From NCBI GenBank assembly GCA_036275255.1, contig DASUEC010000030.1, forward strand, positions 1 to 33,366: a stretch of DNA of 33,366 nt. The letters run 5' to 3'. A model generated the notes under the pieces. The model saw only the letters and a list, made by a program, of their open reading frames with translations. It did not search any database and was not told where the DNA came from. This document shows positions 8,549 to 16,475 of the stretch, piece by piece (position 1 is the first letter of the stretch; each line of letters opens with the position of its first letter). Position numbers and translations under genes: made by a program. This DNA is from Limnobacter sp. (GTDB taxonomy: Bacteria > Pseudomonadota > Gammaproteobacteria > Burkholderiales > Burkholderiaceae_B).

Positions 8549-9802
8549 CTACCCTTTGTTGGGGTCAAGCGCACCCAAAACACCATCCAGCGCGCCCCCC
8601 TCAGCCCCCGCACTGGAAGAAATTCCACTACTCAGCGCATCAAGCAAGCCTGAGTCGGACTGATCGCCAGCAGAACTGCCAAGTCCAGAGAGCAAACCAA
8701 GGCCAGGCAGATCTCCCACAACATCCGTTACAGGGTCGGTGATGCCGCCCACAATGTCGGTCACAGGGTCGGTGATGCCGCCCACAATGTCGGTCACGGG
8801 GTCGGTGATGCCGCCCACAATGTCGGTCACGGGATCGGTGATGCCGCCCACAATGTCGGTCACGGGGTCGGTGATGCCGCCCACAATGTCCGTTATCGGG
8901 TTCGTGATTCCATCTAGAATGGGAAGCGAGTCCACGACGGCCACCACATCATCCAAGGCCGAGCCAAGGTTGAGCAAGCTGCCAATCTGAGGGTTTCCAA
9001 TCACATCCACGGAACCCAACAAATCGGTCAAGGCTGCGCCAACATTGCCTGCGTCAGTCAGAATATTCAGGCCCAAATCGGCGCTGGACATGGTGCTCAT
9101 CAGCGCAGTTTGAGCAGTCACTTCATTGCCAAATCCATCCATGAGAGGCTCAAAAGTGTTGGCAATCAAAGAAATTTGATCCATGACTGAATCGATTGCA
9201 AGCTGCAAGCTTTCTGAACCACCACTGCCCGCCGAAAGAATGAGACTTTGAAGAGGATCTTGCAAAGGCAAATCACCCGGCTGACCCAACATCGCCATCA
9301 ACTGCTCAAACTCCGGGGACAATGGCACCGCGGAGTCATTCAAAGCCTTCATGAGCGGCAAAGAGTCGGTGAAGCGCTCAGGCAACAAACCCTGAGCCAA
9401 GGCCTTGGGGCCCAAAGCGGCCAGCGCAGCACCATCGCCCACGGCAGTTTTTCCCATGGCTGCTGGGGCAGCCGAGGCCACGGCACTCGAAATGCCCAAA
9501 GCACTGGCAGCCGATGAAAGATCGCTCACACCAACCGCGCCAAGCAGGCCAAGCCCCGAGTATGCGGGTGCCAGATTGGAAAATCCGGCCCCCACCGGAC
9601 TGCCGCTCGCGGGTGCCTTCCCCGGGGGAGCCCAAGGTGCGCCTGCCACCGAGGCTTGCGTGGGAATTGAGTCTGCGTTGGGCAAGGTGGATTGCAAAAA
9701 CTGCATGTTGGCAGATGAAGGATCGGACAGGCGATGCTCTGCCTGTTCAATCTCCAGTTCTTCCGTGCTGGATTTGCCGTTCCATGGATTGCTGTTGTCC
9801 AT
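8549..9802 (-). CDS. Gly/Ser/Ala/Asp-rich, Cys-free repeat protein (417 aa); probable T1SS substrate
   Basis: Directly downstream of tolC, AAGGA Shine-Dalgarno, no Sec signal, acidic, 11-aa tandem repeats near the C-terminus. Confidence 0.75.
   Translation of the reverse strand: MDNSNPWNGKSSTEELEIEQAEHRLSDPSSANMQFLQSTLPNADSIPTQASVAGAPWAPPGKAPASGSPVGAGFSNLAPAYSGLGLLGAVGVSDLSSAASALGISSAVASAAPAAMGKTAVGDGAALAALGPKALAQGLLPERFTDSLPLMKALNDSAVPLSPEFEQLMAMLGQPGDLPLQDPLQSLILSAGSGGSESLQLAIDSVMDQISLIANTFEPLMDGFGNEVTAQTALMSTMSSADLGLNILTDAGNVGAALTDLLGSVDVIGNPQIGSLLNLGSALDDVVAVVDSLPILDGITNPITDIVGGITDPVTDIVGGITDPVTDIVGGITDPVTDIVGGITDPVTDIVGGITDPVTDVVGDLPGLGLLSGLGSSAGDQSDSGLLDALSSGISSSAGAEGGALDGVLGALDPNKG
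8715..8912 (-). repeat. 33-bp coding tandem repeat: 5 exact DIVGGITDPVT peptides plus degenerate flanks
   Basis: GATGCCGCCCACAATGTC recurs at 8741, 8774, 8807, 8840 and 8873 (period 33). Confidence 0.97.
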
Positions 9803-9930
9803 CGCTGGTAGTCCTTGTCGATCCTGCTTTCACCAGTGTCTCAGGCCTTGAGACAAACAGATCAGGCGATTTGGTGCGCAAAACTGCCTTATTTCACAGT
9901 GTGCGCATATTACCGACAAAAATCAATAAT

Positions 9931-11688
9931 TTACCGATAGAAACGAGGATCCAAAATTGGCGCTGGTTTGAGCGTCGGTTTCAGATTGCGCTCTGCATCC
10001 GAGGGAGTAACCCTTGGCTTGCTGGAGTCGCGCTGTGCCTCAAGACTTTGGGTGGGCGTCAGGACAAAGCCAGCGGCTCGCTCCATTTCACTCGGACTGA
10101 CTTGAATACCAAGTTTCTCTGCAATTTTGTCATCCAAGGGACTGCTTGCAATATTGGCTGTTTCTTCAAGACTTTTTTCCAGGCGCTCACGCTCCGGCAG
10201 GCTGGAGAAAAACAAGGCAAACCAGTCACTTTCAGCACCAGGTGTGGGCATCATCAAGCCCATGGCATGCATCAGTCTGAAACTGGCGTCCCTGGCATCA
10301 AAAACTGCATTGATGTATGCAATCAACACATTGAAGTATTCGACCTGCGCATCAAGCATGACGATCACAGTCTCCCGCCCAAAATCGCGCAGACGTTTGC
10401 GGTTTTTGAACACCTGCAAAGAATCCGCATAAGCGCCACGCAAGGTTTGCGCTCTGGACTGGCCAGCAGTCCATTTCCCCCACTGAAAGCGGACGGACTC
10501 CTCGACACGCAATCGCGCAGCAGACAACTGGGCTCGGCGGGTGTCGATGGTTGCCGCGGCCTGATTCACCCTGGCCACTTGCTCACCACCCGAGAAAGCG
10601 CTGTAAGACAATCTCAGATTGACTGAACTGTCGTCGTCACGCCCGGTAAACGGATCAGGTTCACCGAAAAATTGCTGTATACCCACCAAATTCAAGGAAG
10701 GGTAAAGACTGGCTTCTTCTGCAGTGTATGTGTGGCGTGCTTTGACGATCTGGCTTTCAGCCACACGAATTTCCGGATTGGAAAACAGTGCCTTCGTCAC
10801 CGCGTCATCGACTTGGGCTGGCAACATGTCGCGACGAATCTCAAGCTCTGGAATACTGTAACCTTCCGGGTAAGCACCAAAATACCTGAAATAAGTGGCC
10901 CTGGCCTCTTCAAACTGCCCTTCATAATTCACCAAGCGGTCCTGTGTTACTGCCAACCGGGCCTTGGCGAACTGTGCATCGGTCACGCCGCTTCCACCCA
11001 ACTCCACGCGACGCTCTTCGAGCGCAAGCAATTGAGCCACTGCGGCCTGTGCAGCCCTTGAAGCTTCTACCAGCAAGGCATTGCGCGTCAGTGTGCTGTG
11101 GGCCAAAAACCCCTCAAGCACCACGTCTTGCACCGTTTTTACAAAGTTTGCATCGGCAATGGTGCCATCTGTTTCAGCTGCCCTTACCCTGGCAGTAATC
11201 CGCCCTGCGGTGTAGATGGGCTGGGTCACGGTGATGTCGGTGGACTGGCGATTGGTCACCGTCGAGCTTGAGCTGGCATTGGCCCCCACCGATATCTTCG
11301 GAAAGTAGGCAGCGCGCGCGCCATCCTCAATAAACTGGGATGCATTCACATTGATGCGGGAAGTTACAATCTCGGGATTGGTGCGCAACATGTTCATGAA
11401 GCGGACCTTGGTCAACTCCTCCCGAGACATGGACGCTGCATCGGCCGGAGCAATGCGGCGCGCCCTGGTCTGCAGGTTTTGGTTGTTGAAGACACCAGGC
11501 TTATCGGTGATGCGTGCGGGGGGATCATTGGCTGCATCGAGCACCGGGGCGCGCTCTGGCAGCGCATCAATGTCTTGAGCAAAACCGGCTTGAGGTGCCA
11601 ACATTGCCAAAAGGCTCGACAGCACCACGGTTCGGGTGCCTCGTCGAGCCCAACGACCCTTGCGGGTCCTGTCGTTGAAATAGGTCAT
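9931..11688 (-). CDS. TolC-family T1SS outer membrane protein
   Basis: Signal peptide ending AGFA-QD, ARAAYFPKISV, TQPIYTAG, second repeat LYPSLNL, MLDAQVEY; follows the MFP gene. Confidence 0.88.
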   Translation of the reverse strand: MTYFNDRTRKGRWARRGTRTVVLSSLLAMLAPQAGFAQDIDALPERAPVLDAANDPPARITDKPGVFNNQNLQTRARRIAPADAASMSREELTKVRFMNMLRTNPEIVTSRINVNASQFIEDGARAAYFPKISVGANASSSSTVTNRQSTDITVTQPIYTAGRITARVRAAETDGTIADANFVKTVQDVVLEGFLAHSTLTRNALLVEASRAAQAAVAQLLALEERRVELGGSGVTDAQFAKARLAVTQDRLVNYEGQFEEARATYFRYFGAYPEGYSIPELEIRRDMLPAQVDDAVTKALFSNPEIRVAESQIVKARHTYTAEEASLYPSLNLVGIQQFFGEPDPFTGRDDDSSVNLRLSYSAFSGGEQVARVNQAAATIDTRRAQLSAARLRVEESVRFQWGKWTAGQSRAQTLRGAYADSLQVFKNRKRLRDFGRETVIVMLDAQVEYFNVLIAYINAVFDARDASFRLMHAMGLMMPTPGAESDWFALFFSSLPERERLEKSLEETANIASSPLDDKIAEKLGIQVSPSEMERAAGFVLTPTQSLEAQRDSSKPRVTPSDAERNLKPTLKPAPILDPRFYR

Positions 11689-11695
11689 GTGCGAC

Positions 11696-13054
11696 TTAGG
11701 GTTCTCTGAACGCTTCTTGTTGAAGCTTCAATACGGGTTTAAGCAAGTAATAAATAAAAGGCTGGGAGCCCACGTTGATGTCGACCTCGGCTGTCATGCC
11801 GGGCGATATGCGAAGGGGCGCCTCCGGGGTGCCAAAAAACGCCTTGTCTGTGCTCACAATCAAGCGGTAATAAGGCCCGGTTTCTTCGGTGCCAGGGTCA
11901 GTGTCCGCAGCAATCTGGCTCACCTTGCCAGGCAGTGTGCCGTAACGCAAAAAGTCGTATGCCGACACCTTCACCTCAGCAGGCTGCTCCATGCTCACAT
12001 ACCCACGGTCGGCGGGCGACAAGCGGGTTTCAACGACCAACACCTCATCCACAGGCACCACCTCCATGATGGGCTCACCCTGCCGAACCACGTTACCAAC
12101 GGCTTGCAATTTCAGGTTTTTCACGATGCCGTCAATCGGTGAGCGGATCACAGCGCGATCGCGTTGATCGGATGCGCGGTCTATTTCCTCTTTCAAACTT
12201 GCGAGCTGACGCTCCAGGGTCGTTAATTCATCAGCTGCACGTCGCCTGAATTTGCCCTCTTCCTCCACCTTGCGCGCGCGGCTTTGCCCCACTGTCGCCT
12301 GTGCAGAAGCGATGGTTTGGCGCATCGAAGCGATTTCAGCAGTCAAGGAATCGTAATCGCGCTTTTTCGTCAGGTACTCCAGCTGCGACACCAAACGCTC
12401 ACGAACCAGCTCGCGTGTAATCTCGAGTTCCCTTAACGTTGTAACCGCGCGATTTTCAAGGCCTTCCAGTTTCGCCTGCAACTCGCCCACCTTGCCCTGA
12501 TTGCCAAGCAACTGGCTATCGTTCACAGCAATGATGCCCTGCAATTCGGTGACGCGCGCCAAGTACGTGGACTGCTCAGTCTGAAAGAGGTCTGGGTAGC
12601 TGGTGGTGAGCTCCGGTGGATAAACAGGCTGTTTTCCGGAGGCCTCACCGATCAGGCGGGCTCGGCTCATCTCGAGCGCGGCACGGCGACTTTTCAGCTC
12701 CTCAATGTTGATGCCGGAAGTGGCCAGGTTCAACTGCACCAGCACAGCCCCTTCCTTCACAAAATCCCCCTCTTTGACAGCCAATTCCTGAACAATACCG
12801 CCTTCCAGGTGCTGTACGCTTTTGACTCGGGTGGAGGGGATCACTTTGCCCGGCGCCGTCACCACCTGGTCCACACGAATAAACAGGGATGCAAACAAGG
12901 ACAATGCAATCAGTCCCAGGGCAACACGGCTCTTGGTGTCAAAACCACCCCCGCCTGGCTTGTAAAGCGAGGGGACTTCCACATTCTTTAACTCATTTTT
13001 GCCGACTTCGGCCAATGCATTGCCAGACTTGCTCATTTCGTTGCCTTCGCTCAT
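11696..13054 (-). CDS. HlyD-family T1SS membrane fusion protein
   Basis: One N-terminal TM segment, VQHLEGGIVQELAVKEGD, IRSPIDGIV, YDFLRYG, PGMTAEVDI...YLLKP. ATG overlaps the ABC stop (TGATG). Confidence 0.93.
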   Translation of the reverse strand: MSEGNEMSKSGNALAEVGKNELKNVEVPSLYKPGGGGFDTKSRVALGLIALSLFASLFIRVDQVVTAPGKVIPSTRVKSVQHLEGGIVQELAVKEGDFVKEGAVLVQLNLATSGINIEELKSRRAALEMSRARLIGEASGKQPVYPPELTTSYPDLFQTEQSTYLARVTELQGIIAVNDSQLLGNQGKVGELQAKLEGLENRAVTTLRELEITRELVRERLVSQLEYLTKKRDYDSLTAEIASMRQTIASAQATVGQSRARKVEEEGKFRRRAADELTTLERQLASLKEEIDRASDQRDRAVIRSPIDGIVKNLKLQAVGNVVRQGEPIMEVVPVDEVLVVETRLSPADRGYVSMEQPAEVKVSAYDFLRYGTLPGKVSQIAADTDPGTEETGPYYRLIVSTDKAFFGTPEAPLRISPGMTAEVDINVGSQPFIYYLLKPVLKLQQEAFREP

Positions 13055-14979
13055 CAGGCCTGGGCTGCTTTGCCACCAGCACTGCTGTTGCTGTCGGTTG
13101 CTGACTCAGATTCGTTTTGAAGTGCTGCTTTTGCCGCTTCTGCAACTTGAATGGGCTGCTTGGGTGCTGCAGGCACAGGCTTGGGCACAGAAATGCCATA
13201 AAGCAGCTTAAGCATTTCCGGCGTGGCACCCACATGCAGCTTGGAGGCCTTGTCCAGGTAAATGATCTTGTCGCAAATGGACATCAAGCGAACCGAGTGC
13301 GTCACCATGACAATCGTTTTGACGGTCGCCAGGCTCTTGAACACCGCCATCAGATGCGTTTCGGCTGCAAAATCAAGGTCGTTGGTGGGTTCGTCAAGCA
13401 ACAAGACCGGCGCATCGGACAAAAACGCCTGGGTGATGGCCACGCGCCTGCGTTGACCGCCCGACAAGCGGTTGCCGCCTTCACCCACCTGCGTCATGTA
13501 ACCGTCGGGCAACTTGGCAATAAACTCATGCGCACCAGAGCGTTTGGCGGCCAGCAAAATCTGCTCGTCACTGGCATCCGGATTGGACCGGCGAAGATTC
13601 TCAACAATCGTGCCTTCGAAGAGCTGCGACGTTTGGGGCAAAAAACCAATCCACTTGGACAATTCCTGTCGAGAAAACTGGGACAAATCGTATTCATCCA
13701 GCAACACCCGCCCAGATTGAGGCTCGTAAAGCCCCCGAAGCAACTTGAGTAAGGTGGACTTGCCAGCGCCGTTGTCGCCTGCCAATCCATAAATGCCACG
13801 GGGACCAATCTGGGCCGACACCAATTTGACCACTTCCTTTTGCGCCCCCACATGCTGGTAACTCACATTCTCCAGGCGCAGGGCACCTGAGGGCATGGGC
13901 AGGTTCAAGCCAGTGTGCTGCTTTTCTTCTTCGGCATCAAAAATCTTGTTCAGGCGGTCCGTGGCCTCACGAGAGTTGGCGATGGAACGCCAGTGACCAC
14001 TGAGCGATGCCAGCGGGCCGATGGCCTTGCTTGCCAGCATGTTGGAAGCAATCAATCCCCCAACCGTCATCCACTGATTGATCACGGCATAAGCGCCCAC
14101 CGCCGTGATCGCCACGTTAACGCACAGCATGATGGTCATGGCCAGCTCGCGCTGGTCTTCCATCTCGCCATTTTTTTGAAATGATTCCTGAACCCACGAG
14201 TTGTAGCTCGACACCCACGCACGTTTGGCCGAATCGTCCTGCACCAAGGACTTGATCGCCTCACGCCCTCGACAAACCTCGGCCAACACCTCGTCGCGGC
14301 GCCGTGCACGGGCAAACTCCTCCACCCGACGTTTGCGAAACTCTCCCGCGCTGTACCAGGACAAGGCGGCCAGGCACGCCAACCCCACCAACACAACAGG
14401 CAGAACCGGCATGGCGATGGTGGCGATCAGGCCAATCGCCAGAATCGCAAACGGCAGATCCAGAATGGTCATGGCCACAGCGCCACTCCAAACAACACGC
14501 ACAGTGTCCACATCTTTGAACAGGGCGTACCAAGCTGCGGTGGAGCGGGCTTCCAGCTGACGCAGGGGGATCGCCAAAATCTTGTTCATGAGTTTGCTGG
14601 CAATCTGGCCGTCAATCTTCACGGCAGCCACACGCAACACACGGGCACGGAAGGAACGAAGAATCAAATCGGCTGCAAGCAGAATACCCATGCCAATCAA
14701 CAAGGCGGTCAGCGTGTTCAAGCCTGAGCGGTAAATCACCCGGTCGTACACCTGCAAAGAGAACACCGCAGGAAACAGCGCAACCAGGTTGACAAATATA
14801 GACAACAGAGCCGCGCGTTTGAGCAGTGGCAATGCGCCGCGAATCACGCTTTCCACCGCCCGAGAATCCGGGGAAGAAGGCTGATCATGACGCGCACCCT
14901 CTTCCTGGTCCTTGTCGGACTTCAGGCCGAAATTCCACAGGGCTTCCAGACGCTCTTTGAACAGGTATTTAACAGACAT
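13054..14979 (-). CDS. T1SS ABC transporter (permease plus ATPase, no C39 domain)
   Basis: FSLQVYDRVI, Walker A GDNGAGKST, LSGGQRRR, LLLDEPT, VTH switch. Confidence 0.92.
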   Translation of the reverse strand: MSVKYLFKERLEALWNFGLKSDKDQEEGARHDQPSSPDSRAVESVIRGALPLLKRAALLSIFVNLVALFPAVFSLQVYDRVIYRSGLNTLTALLIGMGILLAADLILRSFRARVLRVAAVKIDGQIASKLMNKILAIPLRQLEARSTAAWYALFKDVDTVRVVWSGAVAMTILDLPFAILAIGLIATIAMPVLPVVLVGLACLAALSWYSAGEFRKRRVEEFARARRRDEVLAEVCRGREAIKSLVQDDSAKRAWVSSYNSWVQESFQKNGEMEDQRELAMTIMLCVNVAITAVGAYAVINQWMTVGGLIASNMLASKAIGPLASLSGHWRSIANSREATDRLNKIFDAEEEKQHTGLNLPMPSGALRLENVSYQHVGAQKEVVKLVSAQIGPRGIYGLAGDNGAGKSTLLKLLRGLYEPQSGRVLLDEYDLSQFSRQELSKWIGFLPQTSQLFEGTIVENLRRSNPDASDEQILLAAKRSGAHEFIAKLPDGYMTQVGEGGNRLSGGQRRRVAITQAFLSDAPVLLLDEPTNDLDFAAETHLMAVFKSLATVKTIVMVTHSVRLMSICDKIIYLDKASKLHVGATPEMLKLLYGISVPKPVPAAPKQPIQVAEAAKAALQNESESATDSNSSAGGKAAQA

Positions 14980-14995
14980 TCAATATCCCTTTGCC

Positions 14996-15412
14996 TCAAG
15001 CAGGGCTGGCTGAACCAGCCAAGCGCGACTGCTGTGCCTTCAGCCTTTCCAGCAATACCAAATAAGAGGCCACCAAGCGGACCACTGCGGGCCGCATGCC
15101 CGCCAACTGCTCGCGGCTGAGCTTGGCCAGGGGGTTGGCCAGGGCACCGGTCGAATCATTTTGAACGTCAATGGCCCGGCAGACGCGGTCAAACACGCTG
15201 GAAAGCGCAGCATCAACCTCCGCCTCTGTCATGCTGGCATGCATGGCTTGAGGATTTGGCTCGATCAGGCTAAGCCTGGCCTGCCAGTCGAGCACGCGTT
15301 TGGCCAACGATGCATCGTTTTTAAGCTGCAACTCAAAGGCGGTCCTCTCTGCGCCGCGCATCACGCCAAGCACATAGTCTGCTGCCAACCAGTTTTTGTC
15401 GTCTTCAGTCAT
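14996..15412 (-). CDS. Short anti-sigma factor (RskA-like N-terminal anti-sigma domain only)
   Basis: LAADYVLG...ERTAFE..L..D......V..W...L pattern; 9 nt after the sigma stop with a GGAGG Shine-Dalgarno. Confidence 0.75.
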   Translation of the reverse strand: MTEDDKNWLAADYVLGVMRGAERTAFELQLKNDASLAKRVLDWQARLSLIEPNPQAMHASMTEAEVDAALSSVFDRVCRAIDVQNDSTGALANPLAKLSREQLAGMRPAVVRLVASYLVLLERLKAQQSRLAGSASPA

Positions 15413-15421
15413 GCGTCCTCC

Positions 15422-16060
15422 TCAGGCCAAATATCCAGACTGTTCAGCATCTTGACGGCGCTTGCTTCCGTCAGCCAGCACCGCAGTCATTCCCTCGGAC
15501 TGAAATTCATCGTAAACGGTCTTCAATTCAATCAAACCACGCCTTACCCAGGTTTTCACGGTGCCCAGCGGTACATCCAGATGATCGGAAATCTCCGCAT
15601 GGCTCATCCCATGGGTGTAGGCCAAAGTCAAAACCTGGCGGTACTTGCCCTCCAAGCGCTGGACACAGGCCTGCATCACACGTGCGTTTTCGTTTTCGTC
15701 CCCCGAGGCCGAATGGGCATCCATCAATGCCTCATCCACCCCCTCCTCCTGGTCGGCAAACTGGTCCAGAGGAATGGAATTGACCGTGTGCCCTTGCTGG
15801 GCGATCAAATCAAGGGCGCGATTTCTAACCACCTGATGCAACCAGGTCTCTGGTGCTGACAGCTTTGAGTTGAAGGTGTGTGCATAACGCCAGAGTCGAA
15901 TGTAGGCGTCCTGAAGAACATCCTGAGCCATGCCCGGTTCGCGCACGATGCGCAAAGCCACCGCAAACATTTTGCGGGACGTGAGGCGGTAAAGCTCCTC
16001 AAATGCTTTGCGGTCGCGGTTGGCGATCCGTTCAATCAAAGCGGCAAGTTCTTCTCTCAA
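15422..16060 (-). CDS. ECF sigma factor, SigK-like
   Basis: Region 2 DRKAFEELY...AQDVLQDAYIRLW...TWLHQVVRNRALD; region 4 SHAEISDHLDVPLGTVKTWVRRGL. TTG start with an in-frame stop 9 codons upstream. Confidence 0.92.
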   Translation of the reverse strand: MREELAALIERIANRDRKAFEELYRLTSRKMFAVALRIVREPGMAQDVLQDAYIRLWRYAHTFNSKLSAPETWLHQVVRNRALDLIAQQGHTVNSIPLDQFADQEEGVDEALMDAHSASGDENENARVMQACVQRLEGKYRQVLTLAYTHGMSHAEISDHLDVPLGTVKTWVRRGLIELKTVYDEFQSEGMTAVLADGSKRRQDAEQSGYLA

Positions 16061-16182
16061 CTTGGCAATCCCCGAGACGAAGTATCAGTATGAACAGCTA
16101 TTGGTAAATCAATTTACAGTCGAGCGAGACGTGTAAGTCCGTCAAAAAGGCCAAGTTTTACTGCTCAAACCACCGAATGGGC

Positions 16183-16316
16183 CACCCAACATGGGGGGAT
16201 GTAACTCTTTAGTAATCCCCAAGTTTAGGGATACTAACAAAACTTATCATGCCCCACCAGTGTTTGTAATCTTTTTGCTTACAAACCCCCATCTATTCAT
16301 CCCCCCTCAAATAGGT
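16183..16316. promoter_or_regulatory. Three ATCCC-N8-GGGAT-like boxes in the sigma/LuxR divergent region
   Basis: CACCCAACATGGGGGGAT (16183-16200), ATCCCCAAGTTTAGGGAT (16215-16232), ATCCCCCCTCAAATAGGT (16299-16316). Confidence 0.45.
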
Positions 16317-16345
16317 CTTCATCAATCATTTTGCTTACAAGTCTT

Positions 16346-16372
16346 TGAATCCAAATTTTGGCGTGCCAAGTA
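16346..16372 (+). promoter_or_regulatory. Putative ECF sigma promoter (TGAATCC-N16-AGTA) for the LuxR gene
   Basis: tttgaatccaaattttggcgtgccaagtacaa; first 19 nt match the minus-strand copy at 8515-8497 in 18 positions. Confidence 0.6.
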
Positions 16373-16475
16373 CAACCCTTCAGATGAGTAAAAAACCCAG
16401 GAAAAACAAACCATACGGGGCGTCAACATGACATTAAGACCGAGCTGGCCAAGCCAGACACACGCGGGTGGGATT

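Noticed and set aside
8715-8912. 33-bp periodic repeat as a CRISPR array
   Set aside because: Units are contiguous with no unique spacers, are in frame in an ORF, vary only synonymously, and no cas genes are present.
8549-9802. RTX toxin or Lap/Bap giant adhesin
   Set aside because: No GGxGxDxUx nonapeptides or Ig-like repeats seen; only 417 aa.
16263-16340. sigma54 promoter suggested by the TTTTGC elements
   Set aside because: The required GG at -24 is missing for both copies.
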